Below are positions 33,468 through 41,345 of a stretch of 64,000 nucleotides of DNA, piece by piece (the stretch's first letter is position 1; each line of letters begins with the position of its first letter). The notes below the pieces were generated by a model. That model was given only the letters and a program-made list of their open reading frames with translations, was not told the origin of the DNA and searched no databases. Origin of the DNA: Bacteroidota bacterium (GTDB lineage Bacteria > Bacteroidota > Bacteroidia > Bacteroidales > CAIXZF01); NCBI GenBank assembly GCA_022709385.1, contig JAKLIX010000020.1, positions 12,578 to 76,577 on the forward strand, read 5' to 3'. The translations under genes and the position numbers were made by a program.

Positions 33468-34457
33468 ATGCCTCTCATTCTTAACCGCCAGGATGTAATG
33501 TCCGTACTGACCATGAAAGATTGCATGGCAGTCGTTGAACAAGCGTTTTTGGAACTTGCCGGTGGTACTGCCGACCTTCCCTTACGCACTGCCATTAAAC
33601 CACAGGACGGCTTATCGCTGTACATGCCTGCCTATCTGAAGCAAAGCAATGCGCTTGCCTGTAAGATCGTCACGGTTTTTAAAAACAATCCTGCCCGGTT
33701 TCAGCTTCCGACCACCATCGGAACGGTATTGCTGCAGGATCCGGAAACCGGCAAAGTGATCTGCATCATGGACGGAGGATACCTTACCGCCGTGCGTACC
33801 GGGGCTGCCAGCGGCGTGGCCACGCGATACCTTGCGCGGGAACCGGAGGAGAGTACGGTCGGAATCTTCGGTGCGGGCGTGCAGGCGAAGATGCAGCTCT
33901 GGGCCATGGCCGAAGCCCGGAAGGTGGGAAGGGCCATGGTATTTGATATCTCCAAAGAGGCGGCAGAAAACTTCAGCCGCGAAATGGCAGAAAAGCTTGA
34001 CCTGATGGTTGCAGTGGCATCCGCTCCCGAAGTGCTGCTTGACGCAGATATCCTCTGCCTGGCCACCTCCTCCGCCCTTCCCCTGTTTGATGGAAATCTG
34101 GTGAAACCCGGTACCCATATCAACGGCATCGGAAGCCATACCCCCAATGCGAGGGAGATCGACACGGCCCTTGTCACACGCGCGAAATTCATCGGCGACT
34201 CAAAAGAGGCCTGCTTTGGCGAAGCCGGCGATATCCTCATACCCATACAGGAAGGAGCCATCAGTGAATCACACTTTTACGCCGAACTCGGAGAGATTAT
34301 CAGCGGCAGCAAGCCCGGCAGAAGCAGCAAAGAAGAGATCACCCTGTTCAAATCCAACGGCCTGGCCGTACAGGATGCCGCCACGGCAAAACTTGTGTAC
34401 GAAAAAGCCCTGGAAAAAGGATTGGGAATGCAGGTGGAGATATTTACTGAATCTTAG
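33468..34457 (+). CDS. Ornithine cyclodeaminase / mu-crystallin family protein
   Basis: 329-aa ORF with a Rossmann motif (GIFGAGVQA) and an OCD-like N-terminus (LTAVRTGAASGVATRYLA). Confidence 0.88.
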   Translation: MPLILNRQDVMSVLTMKDCMAVVEQAFLELAGGTADLPLRTAIKPQDGLSLYMPAYLKQSNALACKIVTVFKNNPARFQLPTTIGTVLLQDPETGKVICIMDGGYLTAVRTGAASGVATRYLAREPEESTVGIFGAGVQAKMQLWAMAEARKVGRAMVFDISKEAAENFSREMAEKLDLMVAVASAPEVLLDADILCLATSSALPLFDGNLVKPGTHINGIGSHTPNAREIDTALVTRAKFIGDSKEACFGEAGDILIPIQEGAISESHFYAELGEIISGSKPGRSSKEEITLFKSNGLAVQDAATAKLVYEKALEKGLGMQVEIFTES

Positions 34458-34546
34458 TGAAAATGCGAAGCAATTTTCGGTTAGATTCAGTAATACCGAT
34501 GATTCTGGAAAAAAAATTCGCATTCCTGTGTTCTTTCGGTATAAAA
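34447..34546 (+). repeat. Copy 2 of the ~100-nt structured repeat
   Basis: This copy starts inside the last four codons of the OCD gene and extends into a convergent spacer. It has the same stems as copy 1, with CTGAATCT/AGATTCAG fully paired here. Confidence 0.6.
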
Positions 34547-34569
34547 CCACTGCGTGAGCGGTGAAACTG

Positions 34570-34590
34570 TGCCCCTTTCATGAAAGGGCA
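34570..34590. terminator. Palindromic hairpin in a convergent spacer (CCCTTTCATGAAAGGG core)
   Basis: A 16-nt perfect palindrome (34573-34588) lies 9 nt downstream of the minus-strand acylphosphatase stop. There is no clear U-tract. Confidence 0.4.
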
Positions 34591-34596
34591 GGTGTA

Positions 34597-34869
34597 TCAG
34601 TGCCTGATTACAAACTCGGCATAGCCAGACACAGGCCCTTTCTTTATATCGACCTGTTCGATCACCGCATGACGCGGTCCTACCTGGCACCAGCCGATAA
34701 AACGCCGGAGATTCTCTTCGTCTCCTTCCGCTTCGATATGTACACTGCCGTCAGGCTCATTCCTCACAAAGCCTCTTAAATTGTTACGGTTAGCCTCCAG
34801 GTTGGCGTGAAAACGAAAACCAACTTTCTGTACCAGGCCGCGGACGATGATGGTGTAATGTGAGGTCAT
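34597..34869 (-). CDS. Acylphosphatase
   Basis: A 90-aa product from ATG 34869 shows the acylphosphatase signature VRGLVQKVGFRF and GFVRNEPDGSVHIEAEG. The longer track ORF (to 34941) adds a non-homologous extension. Confidence 0.88.
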   Translation of the reverse strand: MTSHYTIIVRGLVQKVGFRFHANLEANRNNLRGFVRNEPDGSVHIEAEGDEENLRRFIGWCQVGPRHAVIEQVDIKKGPVSGYAEFVIRH

Positions 34870-34940
34870 GACGGGAAGCGTTTTGCTGCTGTTGCAAGAA
34901 TAACAAACAGCACCGTATAATGTTTGGAGACAACTCCGCA

Positions 34941-35072
34941 ACTACATAACCCCATAACGCTATTACTCTATAACTTCGAAACTCCGTAACCTCGTAACCT
35001 CATAACTTCGTAACTTCGTAACCTCGTAACTCCCTAACCCCGTAACTCCGTCACCTTAAAACCTCATCCCCA
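34941..35072 (+). repeat. Degenerate tandem array with an 8-bp period (CGTAACYT and CATAACYT units), G-poor on the + strand
   Basis: The array reads cgtaacct cgtaacct cataactt cgtaactt cgtaacct cgtaactc cctaaccc cgtaactc cgtcacct..., with weaker units on both sides. Confidence 0.85.
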
Positions 35073-35081
35073 CCAACCCCC

Positions 35082-37511
35082 TCAAAAAATCTTCGGATAT
35101 CTCCCCGGGTTCACATCATGCATCAGGTTATACAGGCATTCAAAGACATCTTCCGCATTCGGATTGGAGAAATAATCGCCATCGCTGCTGTAGGCCGGCC
35201 GGTGTTCTTTGGCGGTAATGCTGCGCGGTTCGGCGTCGAGGTAATACCAGGCTTGCTGCTCTTCCAGTACTTTTTGCATCATATAGGCTGTGGCACCGCC
35301 GGGAACGTCTTCATCAAAGAAAACGACCTTGTTTGTTTTTTTCACCGATTCCAGGATGCGGTGCTCCGTGTCGAAGGGAATAAGGGTTTGCACATCAATC
35401 AGTTCTACCGATACACCGAATTCCTTCAACTGACTTGTTGCCTCTTCCGCGATCCTGACACAGGAACCGTAGGTAATAAGGGTGATGTCGCTGCCTTCCG
35501 AAATGACTTCCGGTTTCCCGAGCGGAACACGGTATTCGCCAGGATTGGCAGGCTGCTTTTCCCTGAGCCGGTATGCGTTCAGGGGTTCAATCACCAGGCC
35601 CGGCTCATCGGAGGCCAGCAGGCTGTTGTAGAAACCTGCCGCCTGGGTCATATTCCGTGGCACACATACATAAACGCCTCTCAGTGAATTGATCACCATG
35701 CTCAGGGGTGAGCCGCTGTGCCAGATACCCTCCAGGCGGTGGCCGCGGGTGCTGATAATCAACGGTGCTTTTTGTCCCCCGCGCGTGCGGTATTGCAGGG
35801 TGGCCAGGTCATCGCTCAACACCTGCAGGCCGTAAAGCAGGTAGTCAAAATACTGAATCTCCGCAATGGGCCTCAGTCCGCGCATGGCCATCCCCACTCC
35901 CTGTCCGATGATGGTGGCTTCCCTGATGCCGGTGTCGAATACCCGTAAATCGCCGTACTTCTTCTGCAAGCCCTCCAGGGTCTGGTTCACGCCACCGATC
36001 ATCCCGACATCTTCTCCGAATATCATCACCAGGGGGTTGTTCTCCAGTATCTTATCGAAATTATCCCGCAGGATCTCGCGTCCGGGAACCAGGGGGGCAT
36101 CCGGGGCGTATTCCGGGTTCACCGCTTCCACCTTCAGGGCGGAATGGGCAGAATGACTGTACAAGAAGCTGTTATATCTTTCGGCTCCGGCTTCCATCTC
36201 TTTGTTAAGCCAGCCGGTAACATTGGTTTTTAGGGAGTTGGCCGGATTGCTGCAGGAATTGCAGATCAGACGAAGAATGCGGCTGGCTGAAGAGAGGATG
36301 TCTTTGCGGATGGGTTCCGACAGCCTTGCCACCTCCTGTTTGATCTGTTCGATTTTAGCGGTTTTGGCGCAGTTGCAGGTGGTAATATCCACCAGGCGCA
36401 GGAATTCGTCCCGTTTTTCTTTCAGGGGATTCATAAAGTGATTCCAGGCCGTGGTTCTTGCTTTCTTAACCGTTTCTGAAGCCTCGTCTTCAATGGTGCG
36501 GATCTGATCCTCCCCGGCAATCCCGGTTTCGAGCATCCATTGCCGCATCCGGTCGATGCCGTCATGCGCTTTCTCCCATTGCAGTCTCCCGGGACTTTTA
36601 TAGCGTTCATGACTGCCGGAAGTCGAATGTCCCTGGGGCTGTGTGAGTTCCGTCACATGAAAGATCACCGGGACGTGTTTTTCCCTGCAATACGCAATCC
36701 CTTCCGTATAGATATCTACCAGGGCAGGATAGTCCCAGCCGCGGACGGTGTATATTTTGAAGCCCTTCCGGTCCTGTTCTTCCGCAAAACCGGCCAGGAC
36801 GTCTGAAATGCTGCTTTTGGTTGTCTGGTAGCCGATAGGAACAGAGATCCCGTAGCCGTCGTCCCACACGGAAACTGCCATGGGAACCTGGAGCACCCCG
36901 GCGGCATTGATCGTTTCCCAGAAAGCCCCTTCAGCGGTGGAAGCATCGCCGATGGTGCCGAATGCCACCTCGTTTCCCTGCTGCGAGAATTGCGAAAATG
37001 GATGAAGATCAGTGTTTTGTCTGAAAAACCTGGAGGCAAGGGCAAGCCCCAGCAGCCGCGGCATTTGTCCGGCCGTGGGAGACACATCAGCCGAGCAGTT
37101 TTTCTGTGTACGGAGGTTCTTCCATTCACCCTGTTCATCCAGGCTGCTGGTGGCGAAATGGTTGTTCATCAGGCGTCCGGCCGTGCCGGGATTGAAAGAA
37201 TGATCCGTATCCCCGTACAACTGCGCAAAAAACTCTCCGGCGCTGAACATCCCGGCGGCCAGCATAAAGGTCTGGTCGCGGTAATAACCCGAACGCCAGT
37301 CGCCTTCCCTGAAAACCCTGGCCATGGCCAGTTGCGGAATCTCCTTGCCGTCGCCGAAAATGCCGAATTTCGCCTTGCCCGTCAGTACCTCCTTACGCCC
37401 TGCCAGACTAAGCTGCCGGCTGAGGTATGCAATACGGTAATCATGAAGGATCTCAACCGCCGTCAACACATTGCCCTTGGGGGTTTTAATGGATTTTTTC
37501 ATGGGAATCAT
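35082..37511 (-). CDS. Fused alpha/beta E1 component of a 2-oxoacid dehydrogenase (TPP-dependent)
   Basis: 809-aa ORF. The N-terminal half is E1-alpha-like and the C-terminal half resembles the transketolase-type E1-beta (pyrimidine-binding and C-terminal domains). This fusion is common in Bacteroidota. Confidence 0.85.
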   Translation of the reverse strand: MIPMKKSIKTPKGNVLTAVEILHDYRIAYLSRQLSLAGRKEVLTGKAKFGIFGDGKEIPQLAMARVFREGDWRSGYYRDQTFMLAAGMFSAGEFFAQLYGDTDHSFNPGTAGRLMNNHFATSSLDEQGEWKNLRTQKNCSADVSPTAGQMPRLLGLALASRFFRQNTDLHPFSQFSQQGNEVAFGTIGDASTAEGAFWETINAAGVLQVPMAVSVWDDGYGISVPIGYQTTKSSISDVLAGFAEEQDRKGFKIYTVRGWDYPALVDIYTEGIAYCREKHVPVIFHVTELTQPQGHSTSGSHERYKSPGRLQWEKAHDGIDRMRQWMLETGIAGEDQIRTIEDEASETVKKARTTAWNHFMNPLKEKRDEFLRLVDITTCNCAKTAKIEQIKQEVARLSEPIRKDILSSASRILRLICNSCSNPANSLKTNVTGWLNKEMEAGAERYNSFLYSHSAHSALKVEAVNPEYAPDAPLVPGREILRDNFDKILENNPLVMIFGEDVGMIGGVNQTLEGLQKKYGDLRVFDTGIREATIIGQGVGMAMRGLRPIAEIQYFDYLLYGLQVLSDDLATLQYRTRGGQKAPLIISTRGHRLEGIWHSGSPLSMVINSLRGVYVCVPRNMTQAAGFYNSLLASDEPGLVIEPLNAYRLREKQPANPGEYRVPLGKPEVISEGSDITLITYGSCVRIAEEATSQLKEFGVSVELIDVQTLIPFDTEHRILESVKKTNKVVFFDEDVPGGATAYMMQKVLEEQQAWYYLDAEPRSITAKEHRPAYSSDGDYFSNPNAEDVFECLYNLMHDVNPGRYPKIF

Positions 37512-37536
37512 ATTTCAATTCCCGCCACCCCCCCGT

Positions 37537-37594
37537 CACCCCGTCCCCCCCGCAGAGACGCGATCAATCGCGTCTCTACGGGGGGGACGGGGTG
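37537..37594 (+). repeat. GC-rich extended hairpin, copy A of a REP-like family (core AGAGACGCGA-tcaa-TCGCGTCTCT)
   Basis: About 27 bp can pair over 37537-37594 with one mismatch. C-runs lie 5' of it and G-runs 3' (to about 37610). It is related to the copies at 61816-61846 and 61877-61907 on the opposite strand. Confidence 0.8.
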
Positions 37595-37621
37595 GGACGG
37601 GACGGCGGGGCGTTGTCCACA

Positions 37622-37645
37622 CCCAAAATTAACAAACATTTTGGG
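37622..37645 (-). terminator. Hairpin just downstream of the PspC-domain gene
   Basis: CCCAAAAT (37622-29) pairs with ATTTTGGG (37638-45) around an 8-nt loop, 17 nt past the minus-strand stop at 37662. Confidence 0.4.
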
Positions 37646-37661
37646 AAATGGTTGGGGGGGA

Positions 37662-39284
37662 TTACATCATCCCCTTTACAACCATGGTATCACTTGAAAC
37701 CTTCCTCACCCCCTTCACCTCCTCCAGGCCGTGCTCCGTCATGTGCCACTTCCTGTTGTTTAGAAAGGGTTCGTCAAAGGAATGCCTGGTTTCGTAAAAG
37801 ACTTTGGTGCCCTCCCTGAACTGAACGTTACGGCCTTCCGGCACAAAGAGCCGGATGCGGACTTCCTGTCCGCGGATTTTGTCGCCCACCGGCATGGTAA
37901 AATGCGGATCAAGGATCAGCAGGCTGTCGTTCTGGGTAAAGGAGTAGCGGATGTTTTGGGCCCTTTGCCGCGATTCACCGCTGTTCCTTCCACGGGCAGT
38001 GTAAATCAGCTGCAGGGCGAAACTGTCGTTTTCTGCCCTGACGACCTCTAACTCAGGGATGCCGAAAAAACGAATGCTGTCTCCCGTTCGCATCAGGTTC
38101 CACTTCCCGATCATAAAGTCATCGTCGATGTCGATGTCTTCATCCGGATACTCAAAACGATGCGTGTCTATAATCAGGTGTTTTGTAAGCGGCTGGACAA
38201 GCACATGCGACTGCTGTATGCTCACTTTTTGCGAGAAATTTCTGATGGTATTCAGGGCAACGATCATGCAGATGATGATGCCGGCCAGCAGCAGTGAGAA
38301 AGCCGGTATGCCCACGAAACGGGATGGGGTCCTGAATCTGAAGATCAGCCTGGCACCGAAATAGACCAGCAGGATCAGGGGGATGCCCGCCAGCAATATC
38401 AATCCTGTCAGACCCAGGGTAAGCATCCCGGGATCAAGGAAGAGCCTGAACAGCGCAGGCAGCGAAATCGTGGACAGGCCGAAACTGGATATGTGGAAGG
38501 CGTGCCCGGTATCTACCATGGAAAAAATCAGCCCGGTGATCATGAACAGGCCGAAGGCGATGAACATCAAACCGAGAAAAACCAGCACTATTTTAAATAT
38601 TGTAGAGATGATCTGCATGAAAAGGTGGAGCAGCTTTTCGAAGAAATTGCCGGTTCCGGATTTGTTCCTGAGATAAGCTTCCTTTGCTTCATCCTTCATT
38701 TCATTGAATTTACCCCTGATCCCTTCAAATTCTTCCCGTATCGATTTCTCTATGTTGGAAATGGTGACTTTTTCGCCCCGCATCTCGAGCTTTTCGGCTG
38801 TATTCCTTGCTTCCGGCGCCAATGCCCACAGCAGCAGGTATGCCACCAGTCCGGTTCCAAAACCGGCAAGGGTGACAATGACGAATATCAGGCGGATCCA
38901 CAGCGGATCCAGGTTGAAATACCAGCCCAGACCGGCGCAGACACCTCCGATGATCTTGCTGTCGGGATCGCGGTAAAGCCTTTTCGACCGCCGTGACTGT
39001 GATTCTCTTGTAGCAGCCTGCCCTGATTCCCATTCGCTGGGTTCACCCAGGATGGCCACCACACCTTCAATATCCTCAAGGATGATCACCTGCTTGTTTT
39101 CGCTGAGCTTTTCCTGAAGCATCTCGGCAATGCGTGACTCGATGTCCGATAAAATTTCATCCTTCCCCTCAACCGCGGCAAAATGCCTTTTCAACTGGCC
39201 CAGGTAATGTTCCAGTTTCTCATAGGCATCCTCATCCATATGGAAAATGATGCCCGCAATATTGACATTGAAATTCTTTTTCAT
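37662..39284 (-). CDS. PspC domain-containing membrane protein
   Basis: 540-aa ORF with a PspC domain (LYRDPDSKIIGGVCAGLGWYFNLDPLWIRLIFV), several transmembrane segments and a large C-terminal domain. It lies immediately downstream of the PadR gene. Confidence 0.85.
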   Translation of the reverse strand: MKKNFNVNIAGIIFHMDEDAYEKLEHYLGQLKRHFAAVEGKDEILSDIESRIAEMLQEKLSENKQVIILEDIEGVVAILGEPSEWESGQAATRESQSRRSKRLYRDPDSKIIGGVCAGLGWYFNLDPLWIRLIFVIVTLAGFGTGLVAYLLLWALAPEARNTAEKLEMRGEKVTISNIEKSIREEFEGIRGKFNEMKDEAKEAYLRNKSGTGNFFEKLLHLFMQIISTIFKIVLVFLGLMFIAFGLFMITGLIFSMVDTGHAFHISSFGLSTISLPALFRLFLDPGMLTLGLTGLILLAGIPLILLVYFGARLIFRFRTPSRFVGIPAFSLLLAGIIICMIVALNTIRNFSQKVSIQQSHVLVQPLTKHLIIDTHRFEYPDEDIDIDDDFMIGKWNLMRTGDSIRFFGIPELEVVRAENDSFALQLIYTARGRNSGESRQRAQNIRYSFTQNDSLLILDPHFTMPVGDKIRGQEVRIRLFVPEGRNVQFREGTKVFYETRHSFDEPFLNNRKWHMTEHGLEEVKGVRKVSSDTMVVKGMM

Positions 39285-39295
39285 TGTGTTGATTG

Positions 39296-39631
39296 TTAAT
39301 TGTTTTGTAATTGCATGATATTTTCCACGGATAATACAAGGTCTTTCCAGACCTTCTCAAGTTCCTGGAGATAGGACTGGCCCAATGGCGTGAGCCGGTA
39401 ATACTTCCTTGGCGGACCCGACCGGGATTCCTCCCAGCGGTAGGTGAGCAAGCCGTCGTTCTTCAGACGGGTGAGCAGGGGATAAAGCGTGCCCTCGACC
39501 ACGATCAGATGCGAAGCCTTCAGCTTGTCGATCAGGTCTGAGGCATAAGCCTCACGCCCCGCCAGCAGGGAGAGTACGCAAAACTCGAGTACTCCTTTGC
39601 GCATTTGGGATAATGATTTTTCTGTTTCCAT
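39296..39631 (-). CDS. PadR family transcriptional regulator
   Basis: A winged-helix PadR signature is present (MRKGVLEFCVLSLL..., YPLLTRLKNDGLL). The ATG at 39631 (METEK...) is preferred over 39649. Confidence 0.88.
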   Translation of the reverse strand: METEKSLSQMRKGVLEFCVLSLLAGREAYASDLIDKLKASHLIVVEGTLYPLLTRLKNDGLLTYRWEESRSGPPRKYYRLTPLGQSYLQELEKVWKDLVLSVENIMQLQNN

Positions 39632-39919
39632 GCCGCAAAGATAATACAAGTTTTAGTACTATGCAATACAAAGTAGCAAAAAAATGAAAGTATTTTGTTA
39701 AAAATAGAATTGAAAAATATTAAGTTATTGATTAATAGTTTCTTAATTAGTCTTTCGAATATAAAATTTTTCAGCAGGGGGCAGATCAGATGCGCTGGAC
39801 AGGAAACCTCATCCAAGCCCATAAGGTTTTTATAAAAAAATTGTATTAAAAACACTATGCTTGCTCCTGTTCGGGCAAACCAGGGTGGTGCCTGCAAGAG
39901 GTCGGCAGCCCGTCAGTCT

Positions 39920-40492
39920 TTACCAGTTCTCTGCCAGCACTTCGAACCAGGCCTGGGGGTGTTCGCACCCGGGACAGTTGTGCAATGCACGCTCACTCTC
40001 ATAGATCAGGCCACACTTGCGGCATATCCATTTGACTTTCTGTTCTTTAATAAAGACCCGGCCTTCGCGGATATTTTCGAGCAGGGTAGTGAACCGCCTG
40101 ATATAAAAGCTGCTGATCTGAGAGAATAGTTTCAGTTTGGTGGCTGCCCTTTTAAACCCTTCGGCCAGACACATGTTTTCTGCTGTCTTCATCAGGGTCA
40201 TCAGTCTGGTTTCCAATTCAATACTCTGGCTCAGGTTGGTGGCAGTATCCCCAAGGGCGGGGATCCGGTAAGCGAGGTCGACCCGGGATGTTGATTCTTC
40301 CAGCAGCCGCAACAGGGTCTTGGCATGGGAGCGGCATTGTTCGGATGTTTCTTCAAAAATGGCGGCCATTTGCTCATATCCGTCCTTGCGTGCCTGTTTG
40401 GCGAAATAAACATACTGCAGGATGATCTGGCTTTTCAGGAAAAAGATTTCAGCCAGGGCGTTTTCCGCGTCTGTACCTGTGATTTCGTTCAT
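39920..40492 (-). CDS. Rubrerythrin-like protein (ferritin-like helical domain plus C-terminal rubredoxin-like CxxC-x12-CxxC)
   Basis: YVYFAKQARKDGYEQMAAIFEET and EGRVFIKEQKVKWICRKCG...CPGCEHP resemble rubrerythrin. The ATG at 40492 is preferred because 40534 lies inside a 48-bp palindrome. No ExxH motifs are present. Confidence 0.75.
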   Translation of the reverse strand: MNEITGTDAENALAEIFFLKSQIILQYVYFAKQARKDGYEQMAAIFEETSEQCRSHAKTLLRLLEESTSRVDLAYRIPALGDTATNLSQSIELETRLMTLMKTAENMCLAEGFKRAATKLKLFSQISSFYIRRFTTLLENIREGRVFIKEQKVKWICRKCGLIYESERALHNCPGCEHPQAWFEVLAENW

Positions 40493-40524
40493 GGATAAGG
40501 GATTTGGGTGCCAAAGATAGAATC

Positions 40525-40572
40525 GGGATGTCATCCTGGCGTTGATTTAAATCAACGCCAGGATGACATCCC
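40525..40572. repeat. 48-bp perfect palindrome (24-bp arms, no spacer)
   Basis: GGGATGTCATCCTGGCGTTGATTT|AAATCAACGCCAGGATGACATCCC, verified base by base. It lies 17 nt downstream of the minus-strand stop at 40589 and may act as a terminator. Confidence 0.9.
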
Positions 40573-40588
40573 TTGAAAGCCGCTTATT

Positions 40589-41191
40589 CTATTCCGGATA
40601 AATCTGATAATGACTGAGATAAACCTTGTCTATCCCCTTGTCGATCAGTATCAGTCCCACATTGTTGGCATAGGAACCGAGCTCTGAACTGACCAGCGAA
40701 TCCGATCCTGTGCCGAAATCAACCCAGGTATCCCGCCTGACCGTGATCACCTCTTTGTATATCACACCGTTGACCAGGCTCTCTATATCGCGGGCGGTAA
40801 TTTTATATTTGAGGGTGGCATCAAAACCGCTGACCGCCACCTTTTGTTCCCAGTTGTCACCTGTTAATCCCCTGTCTTTCAGATATAAAAGCTCGGTAAG
40901 GGTGTCGTCGGGAAACATGATATAATAATTTCCGGCCTCTTTCCTGAAATAACTGTACCCGTGCAGGGTACTGAACATCTCGGTGTATTTCTTCTTATTA
41001 AACGTGGTATCCCATCCGGTGATACGAATACTGTACAATGCCGTGGAAGGATATTCCGAATAGGTCCAGATTGAAAAATCCGTCACTGGCTGGTAATTAT
41101 CCGGCGGGGGAGTCTCTTTCTCCTTGCTTTCTTTATCACAGGACAGCAAAAGAACAAAGGACAAAAAAAACAGTAAGCGTGTCAGCTTCAT
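40589..41191 (-). CDS. Hypothetical lipoprotein
   Basis: 200-aa ORF with a lipoprotein signal (MKLTRLLFFLSFVLLLSC). I recognised no family. Confidence 0.65.
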   Translation of the reverse strand: MKLTRLLFFLSFVLLLSCDKESKEKETPPPDNYQPVTDFSIWTYSEYPSTALYSIRITGWDTTFNKKKYTEMFSTLHGYSYFRKEAGNYYIMFPDDTLTELLYLKDRGLTGDNWEQKVAVSGFDATLKYKITARDIESLVNGVIYKEVITVRRDTWVDFGTGSDSLVSSELGSYANNVGLILIDKGIDKVYLSHYQIYPE

Positions 41192-41345
41192 ATCACCAAA
41201 AGGTTTTCACAAAAGTATTGTATTCGATCCAATAATTCAAATATTGATATACAGAATGTTAAAAAAAAGATAAAACTTGTGTTCATGCTTCCTGTCCGTC
41301 CGCTGCTCCTGTTGATTGTGTTTCTTAATCCCGCGCCGGCCGGGC

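Noticed and set aside
34941-35072. Whether the short-period repeat arrays here, at 33391-33452 and at 54912-55206 could be CRISPR arrays.
   Set aside because: The period is 8 bp, the units are degenerate and there are no unique spacers. No cas genes or leader are nearby. CRISPR repeats are 23 bp or longer and are separated by spacers of similar length.
37662-39631. The PadR regulator plus PspC-domain membrane protein as a possible novel stress module.
   Set aside because: As I recall, this two-gene arrangement is widespread and already recognised in Bacteroidota and Firmicutes. Nothing in the sequence departs from the usual pattern.
39632-39919. The AT-rich 288-bp spacer upstream of PadR as a possible hidden RNA gene or mobile-element remnant. 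It also contains a TATCTTTG box abutting the ATG at 39631.
   Set aside because: I found no convincing inverted repeats, tRNA-like arms or repeats shared with other parts of the window. The -7-like box is too close to the ATG to assign a promoter without transcription start data. It most likely holds ordinary promoter and operator DNA for the PadR operon plus the terminator region of the rubrerythrin-like gene.
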